64,000 nt of DNA from an uncultured Planctomycetia bacterium (GTDB lineage Bacteria; Planctomycetota; MHYJ01; WSZJ01; CAZYRM01). The position numbers were made by a program, and so were the translations under genes. Numbering within the stretch: position 1 is the first letter of the stretch; each line of letters starts with the position of its first letter. The DNA lies in the NCBI GenBank assembly GCA_964649705.1, contig CAZYRM010000005.1:1480-65479 (forward strand), written 5' to 3'. The notes beneath the pieces are model-generated. The model was not told the origin of the DNA. It saw only the letters and a program-made list of their open reading frames with translations, and made no database searches. This document shows positions 27,467 through 37,233 of this stretch, in pieces.

Positions 27467-28630
27467 TCAGCGCCCCTTGCCGAGGCGGGCCTGCCAGGCC
27501 TTGAGGAGCGCCGCGCGGGAGGCCTCCGTCCAATCGGCGGGCAGATCGGGGCCGCTCCCGAGCAGGCCCTCGAGCTCCTTATGCACCAGTTCCACGAGCG
27601 TCTTGCGGTGCGCGACCTGGTTCGCGGGGACCGCGTCGGCCTTCGGGAACGCGCCGAGGAGCGCCTCCGCCGACGAGCGCTTCGCCTTGTCGCCGCAGCG
27701 GGAGCCGATCGAGGCGACTGCCTGCACCGAGGTCCGCGTCACGCCGTTCAGAAAGTCGCCGCTCGTCGCGAAGGGACGCAGCGCTTCGATCGCCGAGGCG
27801 TCTCCCATCGCGCCGAGGGCGTCGGCGGCGTGCATCCTGAGGACGTTCGGATTCCGCGAGGCGACCTGCGGCGAGTCCGCGTCCTTCAGGAGCGCGAGGA
27901 CCGCCTGGGAGGCGCCGGCGTCGCCCGCGGCCTTGAGCGCGTCGAGAACGGCGAAGCGGAACGGGTCGCTCTTCACCTCGAGCAGTCCCTTCGCGCGCTT
28001 CACCACCACGCCCGCATCCGTCCCCACGAGGTTCTGCAGCGCGCGGAACCGAACCACGGGGTCGGCGTCGCCGACGAGCGTCGCCGCCTTCGCGTGCGAC
28101 TTCTTCGCCGCCGTCGCGTCCTCGAGCTCGCACGCGGTCGCGTCCGGATCGTCCCCGGCGGCCGCCTTCCCCTTCTTCACGCGCGACGCGGCCGCCTTCA
28201 CCGCCGAGAGAAACCCGCCGAGCTCCCGGCCGGTCTCGGAGAGGACCTCCTGCGAGGACGGGTCGACGAGGAAGAGGTTCGGGTAGGTCGTTACGCTGAA
28301 ACGGATCTCGACGCGCTCCGCCGCGCGGTCCCGCTCGTCGTTCTTGAAGTCGCGGTACACCCAGACCCAGACCACGTCGCCGTAGACGGCCTTCAACTCG
28401 GCCTTCGGGAGCAACTGCTCCTCCACCACGACGCAGGCGGGTCAGTAGGTCTTCGTAAAGTAGAGGAAGAGCGGCTTCCCCGCGGAGAGGGCCTCCTTGC
28501 GGGCCTCGGGGTAGCTCATCTGCCACGGGGGCCCCGCGACGGGGGTCTCCCCCGCGAAGAGCGGGACGGCGAAGAGGAGCGCGGCAAGCGTGCGCGTCGG
28601 CATGGTCACCTCCCTGGCGGAAGGCGGCAT
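27467..28630 (-). CDS. Candidate selenoprotein: secreted thioredoxin-like (Thioredoxin_7/DUF255-type) domain fused to HEAT repeats, with in-frame TGA (28442-28444) at the first Cys of the CxxC motif
   Basis: ORFs 28442..28630 and 27467..28429 are in the same frame, separated by a single TGA. Read through, the fold motif is KPLFLYFTKTY-U-PAC-VVVEEQ (U-x-x-C where W-C-x-x-C is expected). Signal peptide MPTRTLAALLFAVPLFAG. C-terminal HEAT/PBS-lyase-like repeats. Confidence 0.6.
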
Positions 28631-28655
28631 CCTATCGCCGCGCAGCGGGAGGAGT

Positions 28656-29432
28656 CTACCGTTCCCTCGACTTCGTCACCAACACGCGGCGCGTCATCGC
28701 GACCGAGACCTTGCCCTTGCTCGAGGAGAGCTTCGTCGAGTAGTCCTCGTCGAGGAGGCGCAGGTACCCCTGCGTCACATTGAACTCGAGGGCCACCTTG
28801 CCGTGCGCCTCCGCCCGCGCGCCGCCTCGTTCCTGCTTCCCCTTCGCCGTCCCGTCGAGGAAGGCGATCTCGTCCTTCCCCTCGCTGCGGATGTCCCGGA
28901 CGCGCACGCGGAGCGAGATTGACCCCTTGTCGAGCTCCCACTCCTGGTCCTCCTTGATCGGGTCCTCGGGGAGCTGGAAGAAGAGCCCCGCGAAGTGGAC
29001 CGCCAGCTCCACGCCACGGGCCACGCCGTCGAGGTCCGAGGCGTCGACCGACAGTCCCCCCATGCGCCCCAGCTCCACCTTCACGGTCGAGCCGGAGAGC
29101 TCCTTCTCGTCGAGGTCGACCTTCGCCTCGCGCTCGCCCGCGTCGAGCGACGCGCGGATGCGGCGGAAGCGGAGCACCGCCTTCGCGTCGCCATCGTCGT
29201 CGACCTCGGTGATGCGGAGCTCCGCCGAGACCTCCGCCCTGAGTTCCGCCTCCTTCTCCCGCCCCTGGGTCGTGTCCTCGGTGTCGACCGCCGAGGTCAT
29301 CGAGAAGTCGTAGCGGTCGCCCGTGCGGGGCTTCCACTGGATCCGCCTCGCCTCGTCGGCCCAGGCCGCGGAGACGAGGAGGAGGACGAGCGACACGCAG
29401 CGAAGACCCAGCACTGCACACCCCCTGGACAA
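28656..29432 (-). CDS. Secreted hypothetical protein (charged, K/E/D-rich)
   Basis: Signal peptide MSRGCAVLGLRCVSLVLLLVSAAWA. The overlapping 345-aa ORF is a frame artefact. Confidence 0.6.
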   Translation of the reverse strand: MSRGCAVLGLRCVSLVLLLVSAAWADEARRIQWKPRTGDRYDFSMTSAVDTEDTTQGREKEAELRAEVSAELRITEVDDDGDAKAVLRFRRIRASLDAGEREAKVDLDEKELSGSTVKVELGRMGGLSVDASDLDGVARGVELAVHFAGLFFQLPEDPIKEDQEWELDKGSISLRVRVRDIRSEGKDEIAFLDGTAKGKQERGGARAEAHGKVALEFNVTQGYLRLLDEDYSTKLSSSKGKVSVAMTRRVLVTKSRER

Positions 29433-29970
29433 TCGACTCGAAACCCCGTGGACACCCTTCGCGGTTCGGCCCCCGCGCGTAAGGACTTGCGCGCGGGCGC
29501 GTCGGCGGACACAATGCGTGCTGCCAGATCGGTGCCAGGGCGGCGTGTCCGCCCGTTTCCCCGGGGGAAACGGAGGTTACGCCCGGGTGATCGGACACCT
29601 CGCGCACTCTCCGCGGTGCGTAACTCCCGTGCCGGTCACTCACCTATGTTGAAGTCGCACCGTGAGCGAGTACGTTCGGGGCCCTTATCTCATTACGGGA
29701 CCGTAACCTACGCATGAGGGAGGTCCGGATTGATCGGGATTCGCGTCGAATCGCGGGAGACTCACCTTGGTGCGAGCGAACCCAGGTGAGCCACGACGAT
29801 GATGCAATGCACTGTGAAAACAGTCGTTAGAGAAATGCAGAGCGACTCACTCTGGTTCCACGCAGGCTCACCCAGGTGCGCCTTGCGGCGCTGCTCGGAG
29901 CCGAGCCGGGGTGATCGGCTTGCGAGCTAGAGCTTGGGGTCTATTGGGTTTCGAGGGAAAGGAGCGCGCC

Positions 29971-32844
29971 ATGGGCAAGAGCGATCCGCTCAGGCCCGCG
30001 AAGGGCAGCCGGGGCGTCGTCCTCATCTTCTCCATCGCCGTCCTCGGGATGCTGGCCCTCCTGGCCTTCACCTTCGCCAGCATCTCCCGCGTCGAGCGGA
30101 ACGTGTCGCGCAACTACGTCGACCAGGTCCGCTCCAAGATGCTCGCCACCTCGGGCGTCGAGGTCGCCGTGGGCCGCCTCACGCAGGAGATCCGCGACCC
30201 CGCCACAATGCTCCGCCACAAGTTCTACGGCGAGGACATGAACGAGGACGGCGTCGCCAACCCCGGCGAGGACGTCAACGGGAACGGCTGGGAGGAGGAG
30301 AGCTGCCCCCTCAACCGCGCGCCCCACCCCTCCTACATGCACGACGTGAATCGCAACGCCCGCGCCGACGCGGGAGACATGCTCGACGTCGAGGGGAAGC
30401 TCGTCGGCGTGACGGGCATCCTCCCCTCCACGTACACGCAGAACGGCGACATCTACTCCGTCAAGGTCAGCGACCTCTCGCGGAAGCTCAACGTCAACAT
30501 GGACGGCCACCCGCACCTGCAGCCGATGCTCGAGAACCTCTGCGAGGTCTCCGGCCTCGGGCGCGGCCTTGGCACCCGGCTCTTCCAGAACCGTCCCTAC
30601 GGCTCCCTCCTCGAGATCCGCGACCGCCTGCGCCTGACGGCGACGGAGTTCGAGAAGGTGAAGAACCTCTTCACCGTCTACGGCTGGTTCGACAAGAAGG
30701 TCGTCAACGCCGTCCCCCTGAACCAGCGCATCCGCGCGGGCCTGGCCGTGGGGACCTACGTCTACACGTGGGAGGAGGTCCGCCCGCGCCGCATCGACTT
30801 TCCGAAGGACGCAAACGGGACCGTCGTCGGCCGCTGCCCCGTCAACGTCAACCTCGCGCCGCGCGAGGTCCTCATCGCGCTCCTCTGGAACCTCACGGGG
30901 TTCTACCTCGACGAGGAGAGCCTGAGCACCGACGTGAACGACGGCTACGCCTTCATGAGCGTCTTCTACACGTACAGCGGCGCGAACGGCGCGCTTGGCC
31001 AGATCCGCCAGGCCCCCCCGATCTCGCGCACTCAGGCGGAGCGGGTCGCCGACGCGATCGTCGCCCGCCGCCGCGCCACTCAGTTCACGACGTGGCAGGA
31101 CTTCAACAAGTTCCTCTGGGACGACTGCTGGACGAGCGGGATCCTCTCGCGGCAGCAGATGGACGTCCTCAAGGCGAACTTCAACCCGAACTCGCAGATC
31201 AACGACTTCAACCCCGAGTACTTCCGCTTCGCCTGGGTGGACAAGACCGACCTGACCTATTGGACGACGGAGCTGACGTTCGCGCCGGCGGGGTACTACG
31301 AAGTCGAGTCGATCGGACGGGTCCTGAACCAGTTCCGCCAGATCGTGGCGGAGAGCGAGGTCCTCGTCGACGTGAAGATGTTCGACATCTATCGCGAGTC
31401 GACGCAGAAGGACTTCCTCTATGATCAGTGGAAGAACAACGACGACATCAAGGACAACATCATCAGCCGCGAGCGCGGATCGGGGAAGACCTCCGGCGAC
31501 CTCTCGCTGATGGTCTACCCGGAGATGCCGAACCCCGCGTGGACGAAGGACGCCGACTACGACGGCCACATCACGCTCGCGACGAAGGAGTCGTCCGGAG
31601 CGAGCGCGGACTTCCTGGCGACGTACTTCGAGCGGGGCCTGAACTCCGACAGCGGCCACACCTTCGTCAGGGACGCGAACGGGCCGTACTTCGACAAGCT
31701 CGTCAACCAGGCGGGCGGGTCGGGCTCCTGGAAGCCCGGGAAGCTCTTCCCCGACGGGGTCTACGCGGAGCTCGACAGCGTCGCGATGTACGACTACATG
31801 CCGCGGAACCCGAACAGCTTCTCGGCCTCCTTCTGGATCAAGCCGCACTTCTTCCCCGAGCACGCGGGGCGGAGCCGCGTCTTCATGACGTGGCAGAAGA
31901 ACACGGGAGACCCGTACATCCCCGTGATGCCGCTCGGCGTCTACTGCACCGTGACGAGCTTCATCGAGTCGACGAGCGAGGGCGGCTACGAGTACCAGGA
32001 GCCCTGGGACACGCCGGCGATCCTCGCGGGCGGGACCGTGGAGAGCTACGAAGGGGCCTGCGCGACGCCCTGCATCAACCACCTGGAGCACGGCCACGGG
32101 TCGATCGACCGCGGCGGAGAGACGTGGGGGACGATGTTCGAGGGAGGGAAGTGGCTGCACGTCGGGTGGATCCACGACGGCGAGAGGTTCGAGGGGCGCG
32201 GGTACGACTACCCCGCCACGCACCACGAGAACATGGACGTGCTCTACGTCAACGGCAGGAAGGTGTCGGGCGTGTTCGCCTACCAGACGGGCGACGTGAG
32301 CACGCCGACGCCCTACGACGGCGAGATGCTCAGGCTCGGCGAGAGGCGGACCGCGGGGGCGATCAACACCGTCCCCGACGCGACGATGGACGAGGTCATC
32401 GTGTGGGACCGCGTGAACCCGAACTCGGAGAACCGCATCCTCGACGAGTTCAACGACGGGCGCTTCTACAACGAGGAGGACGGAACGTTCACGAGCCGCG
32501 CGATCGACCTCGCGGCGGAGGCGAACCTCCCGCCCGGCACGCCCGTCCAGATCGCGACGGTCGCGTGGACGCCGTTCGTCCCCGTGAGCCTTCCCAACGG
32601 GCGGATCACGGTCGAGCTCGTGAAGGCGTACGACCGTTCGGGCCTCCCCGGTGGGCGCGAGTACACGCAGCCCGGCGGGGAGAAGGCCGACGTCATCGCC
32701 GGAGAGCCGATCCGCTACCGCGTGCACTTCTATCCCGGCGTGGGCGGCGGGGACGGGATCGTCGACTCCCTCGTGTTCGACGACATCACGATCACGCTGA
32801 CGAAGGGCCCGAGATTCCTTTCCTGGGCCTGGGTGATGCAGTAG
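29971..32844 (+). CDS. Large membrane-anchored extracellular protein (possible GspK/pseudopilin-like N-terminus)
   Basis: Start MGKSDPLRPAKGSRGVVLIFSIAVLGMLALLAFTFA with AAAGGAG upstream. Single N-terminal TM, then ~900 aa extracellular. Confidence 0.65.
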   Translation: MGKSDPLRPAKGSRGVVLIFSIAVLGMLALLAFTFASISRVERNVSRNYVDQVRSKMLATSGVEVAVGRLTQEIRDPATMLRHKFYGEDMNEDGVANPGEDVNGNGWEEESCPLNRAPHPSYMHDVNRNARADAGDMLDVEGKLVGVTGILPSTYTQNGDIYSVKVSDLSRKLNVNMDGHPHLQPMLENLCEVSGLGRGLGTRLFQNRPYGSLLEIRDRLRLTATEFEKVKNLFTVYGWFDKKVVNAVPLNQRIRAGLAVGTYVYTWEEVRPRRIDFPKDANGTVVGRCPVNVNLAPREVLIALLWNLTGFYLDEESLSTDVNDGYAFMSVFYTYSGANGALGQIRQAPPISRTQAERVADAIVARRRATQFTTWQDFNKFLWDDCWTSGILSRQQMDVLKANFNPNSQINDFNPEYFRFAWVDKTDLTYWTTELTFAPAGYYEVESIGRVLNQFRQIVAESEVLVDVKMFDIYRESTQKDFLYDQWKNNDDIKDNIISRERGSGKTSGDLSLMVYPEMPNPAWTKDADYDGHITLATKESSGASADFLATYFERGLNSDSGHTFVRDANGPYFDKLVNQAGGSGSWKPGKLFPDGVYAELDSVAMYDYMPRNPNSFSASFWIKPHFFPEHAGRSRVFMTWQKNTGDPYIPVMPLGVYCTVTSFIESTSEGGYEYQEPWDTPAILAGGTVESYEGACATPCINHLEHGHGSIDRGGETWGTMFEGGKWLHVGWIHDGERFEGRGYDYPATHHENMDVLYVNGRKVSGVFAYQTGDVSTPTPYDGEMLRLGERRTAGAINTVPDATMDEVIVWDRVNPNSENRILDEFNDGRFYNEEDGTFTSRAIDLAAEANLPPGTPVQIATVAWTPFVPVSLPNGRITVELVKAYDRSGLPGGREYTQPGGEKADVIAGEPIRYRVHFYPGVGGGDGIVDSLVFDDITITLTKGPRFLSWAWVMQ

Positions 32845-32974
32845 AGTGCCGGGCTCGCGTCCCGGCGAGGGGCGATGCGCCGCGTCGCCCCTGCACGGTT
32901 GCCGCCCGTCATTCCTTGTAGGGGCGGCCCGCCGGGCCGCCCCTCGTCGCGAGTCTCGAGAGCTTGGTGGCACT

Positions 32975-34207
32975 ATGCGCACTGCCTTCCTCGTCGTCCT
33001 GATCGCCTCGGCCGCTCGGGCCGACATCGCCGTGACCGTGGAGTCCGCCTGGTTCGACACGGAGGCCAAGGGGGGCGCGGTCCAGTACCAGGTCCGGACG
33101 AACCTCCCCGACCGCGCCATCTTCGACTTCGCCCTCGAGTCGCGGTTCGATTCCGTCCAGGGCCCGCTGACGCGCGCCGCGGTCCGCGGACGGGGCGAGG
33201 TGAAGGGAGGCGAGTGCCGGGGAAAGCTCGACGGGTTCCCCGCCGCCATCCCGCCCGGAAGGTACTCGCTCGTCGTCACCGTCTCGGGCCGCCAACGCGA
33301 CGAGGTGGAGGAGTCCATCGGCGGGCAGACGAGGCCCGTGGCGGAGCGCGACGTGTTCGTGGGCGCCCCGACGGCGCTCGTGGCGGCCTTCCGCGCGGAG
33401 GTGGAGCGGATCGGCACCGACCTGGGGCAGATCGCCTCGATCACGTCGAAGCTCAACGAGTGGATCGCCCTCTCCAACGCCGGGAAGCTGAAGGAGAAGG
33501 CCGCGGAGTACACGTCGTGGCACGAGTCCGCAAGGCGCGAGATCGACGCCCTGATCGAGCGGGCGGCGATCTTCCACGACAAGTACCCGACCCACTTCCC
33601 CGCCTGCTACGCGGCCGTGAACGACGTCGTCCTCAACCTCGGGGACCACGAGTCGTCCCTCTGGCGCTCGGCCGAGGGGAAGACGCAGGGGAACGACCCG
33701 GAGGCGATGAAGGTGAAGAGCGCCGCGTACGTCGAGAAGAAGCTCGGCGAGCTCAAGTTCATCTTCATCTGGGAGTGCGCCTTCTCGCTCGCCGACCTGC
33801 CGGCCCAGCTTGCGATCCAGGCGACTCCGGAGGCGGGCCTCCCGGGACGCGACGACTGGGGGCCGTGGAGGCGCGACTTCGACGAGGCCCTCGCGGCGTT
33901 CGAGGACCTCGCGCGCCGCGTCGCCCCGGGGGCGCACGAGCGGAAGGTCAGCGCCGCGGGCGTGGAGGGGCCGATGGGCCCGGACGACTCGAAGCGGCAG
34001 TTGAACGAGAAGCGGGCGAAGGCGATCGGCGCGGCGGCCGAGTCGATCCAGGCCGCCGTGGCGGGGCTGAAGGCGCTCATCGTCGCGGCGGACGGCGCCG
34101 TGGGGAGCGAGGGTCAGGCCCTGCCGGAGGGGCTGAGGCGGCAACGCGAGGCCTTCCTCGTCGAGGCAGAGAAGGTGCGGGGCGACCTGCGGACCTTCTA
34201 CAAGTGA
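32975..34207 (+). CDS. Secreted hypothetical protein
   Basis: Signal peptide MRTAFLVVLIASAARA. Internal start of track ORF 32846..34207. Confidence 0.6.
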   Translation: MRTAFLVVLIASAARADIAVTVESAWFDTEAKGGAVQYQVRTNLPDRAIFDFALESRFDSVQGPLTRAAVRGRGEVKGGECRGKLDGFPAAIPPGRYSLVVTVSGRQRDEVEESIGGQTRPVAERDVFVGAPTALVAAFRAEVERIGTDLGQIASITSKLNEWIALSNAGKLKEKAAEYTSWHESARREIDALIERAAIFHDKYPTHFPACYAAVNDVVLNLGDHESSLWRSAEGKTQGNDPEAMKVKSAAYVEKKLGELKFIFIWECAFSLADLPAQLAIQATPEAGLPGRDDWGPWRRDFDEALAAFEDLARRVAPGAHERKVSAAGVEGPMGPDDSKRQLNEKRAKAIGAAAESIQAAVAGLKALIVAADGAVGSEGQALPEGLRRQREAFLVEAEKVRGDLRTFYK

Positions 34208-34212
34208 CGCCC

Positions 34213-35292
34213 ATGCGGCGAGCGGTCCTCCTGCTGCTGGCCGTGCCGCTGCTCGCGGGAGACCCGTCGATCGAGGCGACGATCGAGCCCGGCCCCGCGA
34301 CGGAAGGCGCCCCGTGGACGGTCTTCACCGTCGGCGGCAGGAGCAGCCTCCCGGACCGCGCCATCCTGTCGGTGTTCCTCTACGACGAGTCGGGCGACCG
34401 GCCGGTCCTCATCGACCAGGGGCGCTGCGAGACCACGGGAGGCGCCTTCTCCATCGCCCTCGCGCGGACGAACGGCCCGCCCCTGTCGGGGTCGTACCGA
34501 GCGGAGGTCGTCTTCGACCCGTCGCGCCAGCGCGACGCGGTGCTCGAAGGGATGAAGCCGCCCCCGACGTCCGAGTCCAGGGCCTCTGCGACGCTCTCGA
34601 TCGGCGCCGCGGGGGACCGCGAGAAGGACATCGCGCGGGAGAAGGAGCGACTCAGGGCCGACCTCCAGGCGCTCGCGGGGCTCGCGGACGAGCTGGCGAA
34701 GCGGCTCCAGGAGGCCCGCACGGCAGGATTCGACGAGTCGGCGTACAAGACGTGGCAGGCGGCGTGGGCGGAGCGGATCGAGGCGCGGGAGATGCGGAAC
34801 CACGAGCGTCCGTACGTGAAGGTATTGCACGTCTCGGGGCTCGGACAGGCGCGGCACCAGGGGCTCGTCCAGGTGCTGCGTGAGGCCTCGGAGGCGCCGC
34901 TGTCCAAGGAGGCCCCCGAGACGCTGCTCGCGGCGGCGCTGGGAGGGGTCGAGCGGTTCCGGGAACGGATGCGACGGGTGTTCGAGGAGACGGGGATCGT
35001 GGACGCCTCGGCGCAGGCCGCGTTCGACGCGCAGCCGTTCCGCGCGCTCGGCGAGGAGCTGTCGGCGGAGTGGGCGCGGGGCACGCCCGAGGCGGGGTGG
35101 CTGGCGGAGTGGCGCACGAGGTGGGCCAAGGCGCTCGCCGCGGCGCTGCCGGCGCTGGCGGGGAGAGGAGACCAGGCCGCGGCGGGGCTGGCGGCAGCGG
35201 GGATGAAGCTGTACGGGGCAAGGGACGCGGGGGAGGTGGCCGCGGGGGTCAGGGCGCTGGAGGAGCTGGTCGCGGCGCTTGCGGGGGGATAA
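34213..35292 (+). CDS. Secreted hypothetical protein
   Basis: Signal peptide MRRAVLLLLAVPLLAG. In frame within the long artefactual ORF 32875..35292. Confidence 0.6.
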   Translation: MRRAVLLLLAVPLLAGDPSIEATIEPGPATEGAPWTVFTVGGRSSLPDRAILSVFLYDESGDRPVLIDQGRCETTGGAFSIALARTNGPPLSGSYRAEVVFDPSRQRDAVLEGMKPPPTSESRASATLSIGAAGDREKDIAREKERLRADLQALAGLADELAKRLQEARTAGFDESAYKTWQAAWAERIEAREMRNHERPYVKVLHVSGLGQARHQGLVQVLREASEAPLSKEAPETLLAAALGGVERFRERMRRVFEETGIVDASAQAAFDAQPFRALGEELSAEWARGTPEAGWLAEWRTRWAKALAAALPALAGRGDQAAAGLAAAGMKLYGARDAGEVAAGVRALEELVAALAGG

Positions 35293-35308
35293 GGCCACGA
35301 GACCTGAA

Positions 35309-35370
35309 CATATCTGATGTCAGAGCTCAGATATCAGATATCTGATATCTGAGCTCTGATATCAGATATG
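35309..35370. repeat. 62-bp near-perfect AT-rich palindrome built from CTGATATCAG units
   Basis: catatctgatgtcagagctcagatatcagatatc|tgatatctgagctctgatatcagatatg. The reverse complement is identical except for one G/A position. ~35% GC in a ~70% GC genome. Intergenic, 17 bp after the stop of the gene upstream. Confidence 0.8.
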
Positions 35371-35495
35371 GATCGCCGCCCCCGCGGCCCCCTTCAGGCA
35401 CGGGCGTCGATTCGCCGATACACCTAGTTGAACGAGGAGGGGCCCTGCCGGGGGCAGCGGTGCTGCTCCGCTTCACGCCCCTCCTCGTAACCTCA

Positions 35496-35540
35496 TCCGT
35501 CCCCCTTGACCGCCACTCTGGCTCGTCGATAGAATCTCCC
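35496..35540 (+). promoter_or_regulatory. Sigma70-like promoter candidate upstream of the amidase gene
   Basis: TTGACC followed by a 17-nt spacer and ATAGAAT, ~30 nt before the GGAGGG Shine-Dalgarno. Confidence 0.35.
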
Positions 35541-35572
35541 AAGCTGCCGGCCAACTCTGGAGGGTGTCCGCC

Positions 35573-36652
35573 ATGCGAGGGCTCGCCGCCCCCGTGGTCG
35601 TCCTGCTCGCCCTGATCGGCGCCGTCGGCTGCACGTCCGGCCCCCGCTCCCGCGGGAACGACAAGATCCCCGACGGCTACGTCTCTCTCTCGGCGATCGG
35701 GAAGGACTGCGGGCTCGCCTATACCGTCGAGGGGAACGGCAAGGGCGTCCTCACGGGGGACGGCCAGCGCGTCGTCGTCCGGGACGGCCTCTCCGTGGCC
35801 GTCGTGAACGGCAACCAGATCCCGCTCTCCGGGGCCGCGCACGTCGAGGGCATGGACGCCAAGGTCCCGAAGGACTCGGCCCAGAAGATCGCCGCCGCCC
35901 TGGCGGGCGGGTTCCGGCCACCCCCCGACCCGGAGAGGTCCGGCGGCAAGGAAGCCAGGAGGCAGCCCGGCCCCTCCCGCGCGATCACCATCGTGATCGA
36001 CCCGGGGCACGGCGGGAAGTTCGACGGCGCGAAGGCGCGCAACGGCCTCGAGGAGAAAAAGGTCAACCTCGAGGTCGCCCGCCTCCTGAGGGATGCCCTG
36101 ACGAAGATGGGTTTCCGCGTGCTCATGACCCGGGAGTCCGACCGCGAGGTCGCCAAGGAGTACCGAAACGACCTGGACGCCCGCGTCCGCCTCGCGGAGC
36201 GCAGCAAGGCGGACCTGTTCATCTCCATCCACTCGAACGCCAACAACAACGCCGGCGTGGTGGGCTTTGAGGTCTACCGCTCCCGTGCCGAGAGCCGCAA
36301 GGAGGTCGAGGCGAGGATCTGGAAGTCGGTCTCCACGGCCAACCAGAGGGTCGCCAGGACGCCCGCCGCCCTCTACGACCTGAACCGCATCCGCACCGCC
36401 GCCTTCGCGGACGAGATCCGCACCTCGATGCGCTCCACGCGGATCCCCGACCGCGGGGGGGTGCGCGAGGCGGGATTCCACGTGATCAAGTGGGCTCCTT
36501 GTCCCGCCGTCCTCGTCGAGATGGACTACCTCTCGAACACGGCCGGCGCGCAGCGGCTGGGGAACTCGGCGATGCGGCAGAAGATCGCCGACGCGCTCGC
36601 GGGCGGAGTCGCGCGGTTCGCGAGTCGGCTCGACCGGATCGGGGTGAAATGA
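35573..36652 (+). CDS. N-acetylmuramoyl-L-alanine amidase (Amidase_3, AmiC-like) lipoprotein
   Basis: Lipobox LIGAVGC. Amidase_3 motifs: VIDPGHGG, E..VNL..A, SIHSNA. Confidence 0.85.
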   Translation: MRGLAAPVVVLLALIGAVGCTSGPRSRGNDKIPDGYVSLSAIGKDCGLAYTVEGNGKGVLTGDGQRVVVRDGLSVAVVNGNQIPLSGAAHVEGMDAKVPKDSAQKIAAALAGGFRPPPDPERSGGKEARRQPGPSRAITIVIDPGHGGKFDGAKARNGLEEKKVNLEVARLLRDALTKMGFRVLMTRESDREVAKEYRNDLDARVRLAERSKADLFISIHSNANNNAGVVGFEVYRSRAESRKEVEARIWKSVSTANQRVARTPAALYDLNRIRTAAFADEIRTSMRSTRIPDRGGVREAGFHVIKWAPCPAVLVEMDYLSNTAGAQRLGNSAMRQKIADALAGGVARFASRLDRIGVK

Positions 36653-37233
36653 CGTCGCGATCGGCCTGGATCGTCTCCCTGGCACTCCTCGCGGGCTGCT
36701 CCGGTCACCAGGGGCAGCTCACCGACACCGATCCGGACTACAGACGGGAGGCGATCGCCGCGAAGACGGGCGCGGGGGACCGTTCGGAGAACCCCGCCAT
36801 CGCGGCCAAGCTCCTCAACGACCCCGACTCGCTGGTTCGGGCGCAGGCGGCCGTGAAGCTCGGCGAGAGCCGCGACCCCGAGGCGGTGCAGTTCCTCGCC
36901 CAGGCGCTCACGGACCGAGACGAGCACGTCCGCTGGGATACCGTGGAGGCGCTGGAGAAGATCGGCGACAGCTCGGTCGCGCCGAAGGTGGTCGACGTCC
37001 TGGTGAGGGACGAGAACCCGAATGTCAGGCGGGTGGCCGCCCGCTGCCTGGGGACGCTCGGCGACCGGGCGGCGATCCCGGCGCTCATCGAGGCGCTCAG
37101 CGACCCCGACTACAGCGTCTCCTCCGCGGCCGCGACCGCCCTCGCGGCGATCACCGGTCAGGGATTCGGCCGAGACAAGGCGAACTGGAAGGCCTGGTAC
37201 GAAGGGACCCCGTCTCCGGAGGCACCGAAATGA
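36649..37233 (+). CDS. HEAT-repeat (PBS-lyase-like) lipoprotein
   Basis: Lipobox LLAGCSG. Repeated D..VR..A..aLG motifs. ATGA overlap with the amidase gene. Confidence 0.7.
   Translation: MTSRSAWIVSLALLAGCSGHQGQLTDTDPDYRREAIAAKTGAGDRSENPAIAAKLLNDPDSLVRAQAAVKLGESRDPEAVQFLAQALTDRDEHVRWDTVEALEKIGDSSVAPKVVDVLVRDENPNVRRVAARCLGTLGDRAAIPALIEALSDPDYSVSSAAATALAAITGQGFGRDKANWKAWYEGTPSPEAPK

Noticed and set aside
28606-29643. 345-aa minus-strand ORF
   Set aside because: G/R/P-rich artefact overlapping the better-supported signal-peptide protein 28656..29432 in another frame.
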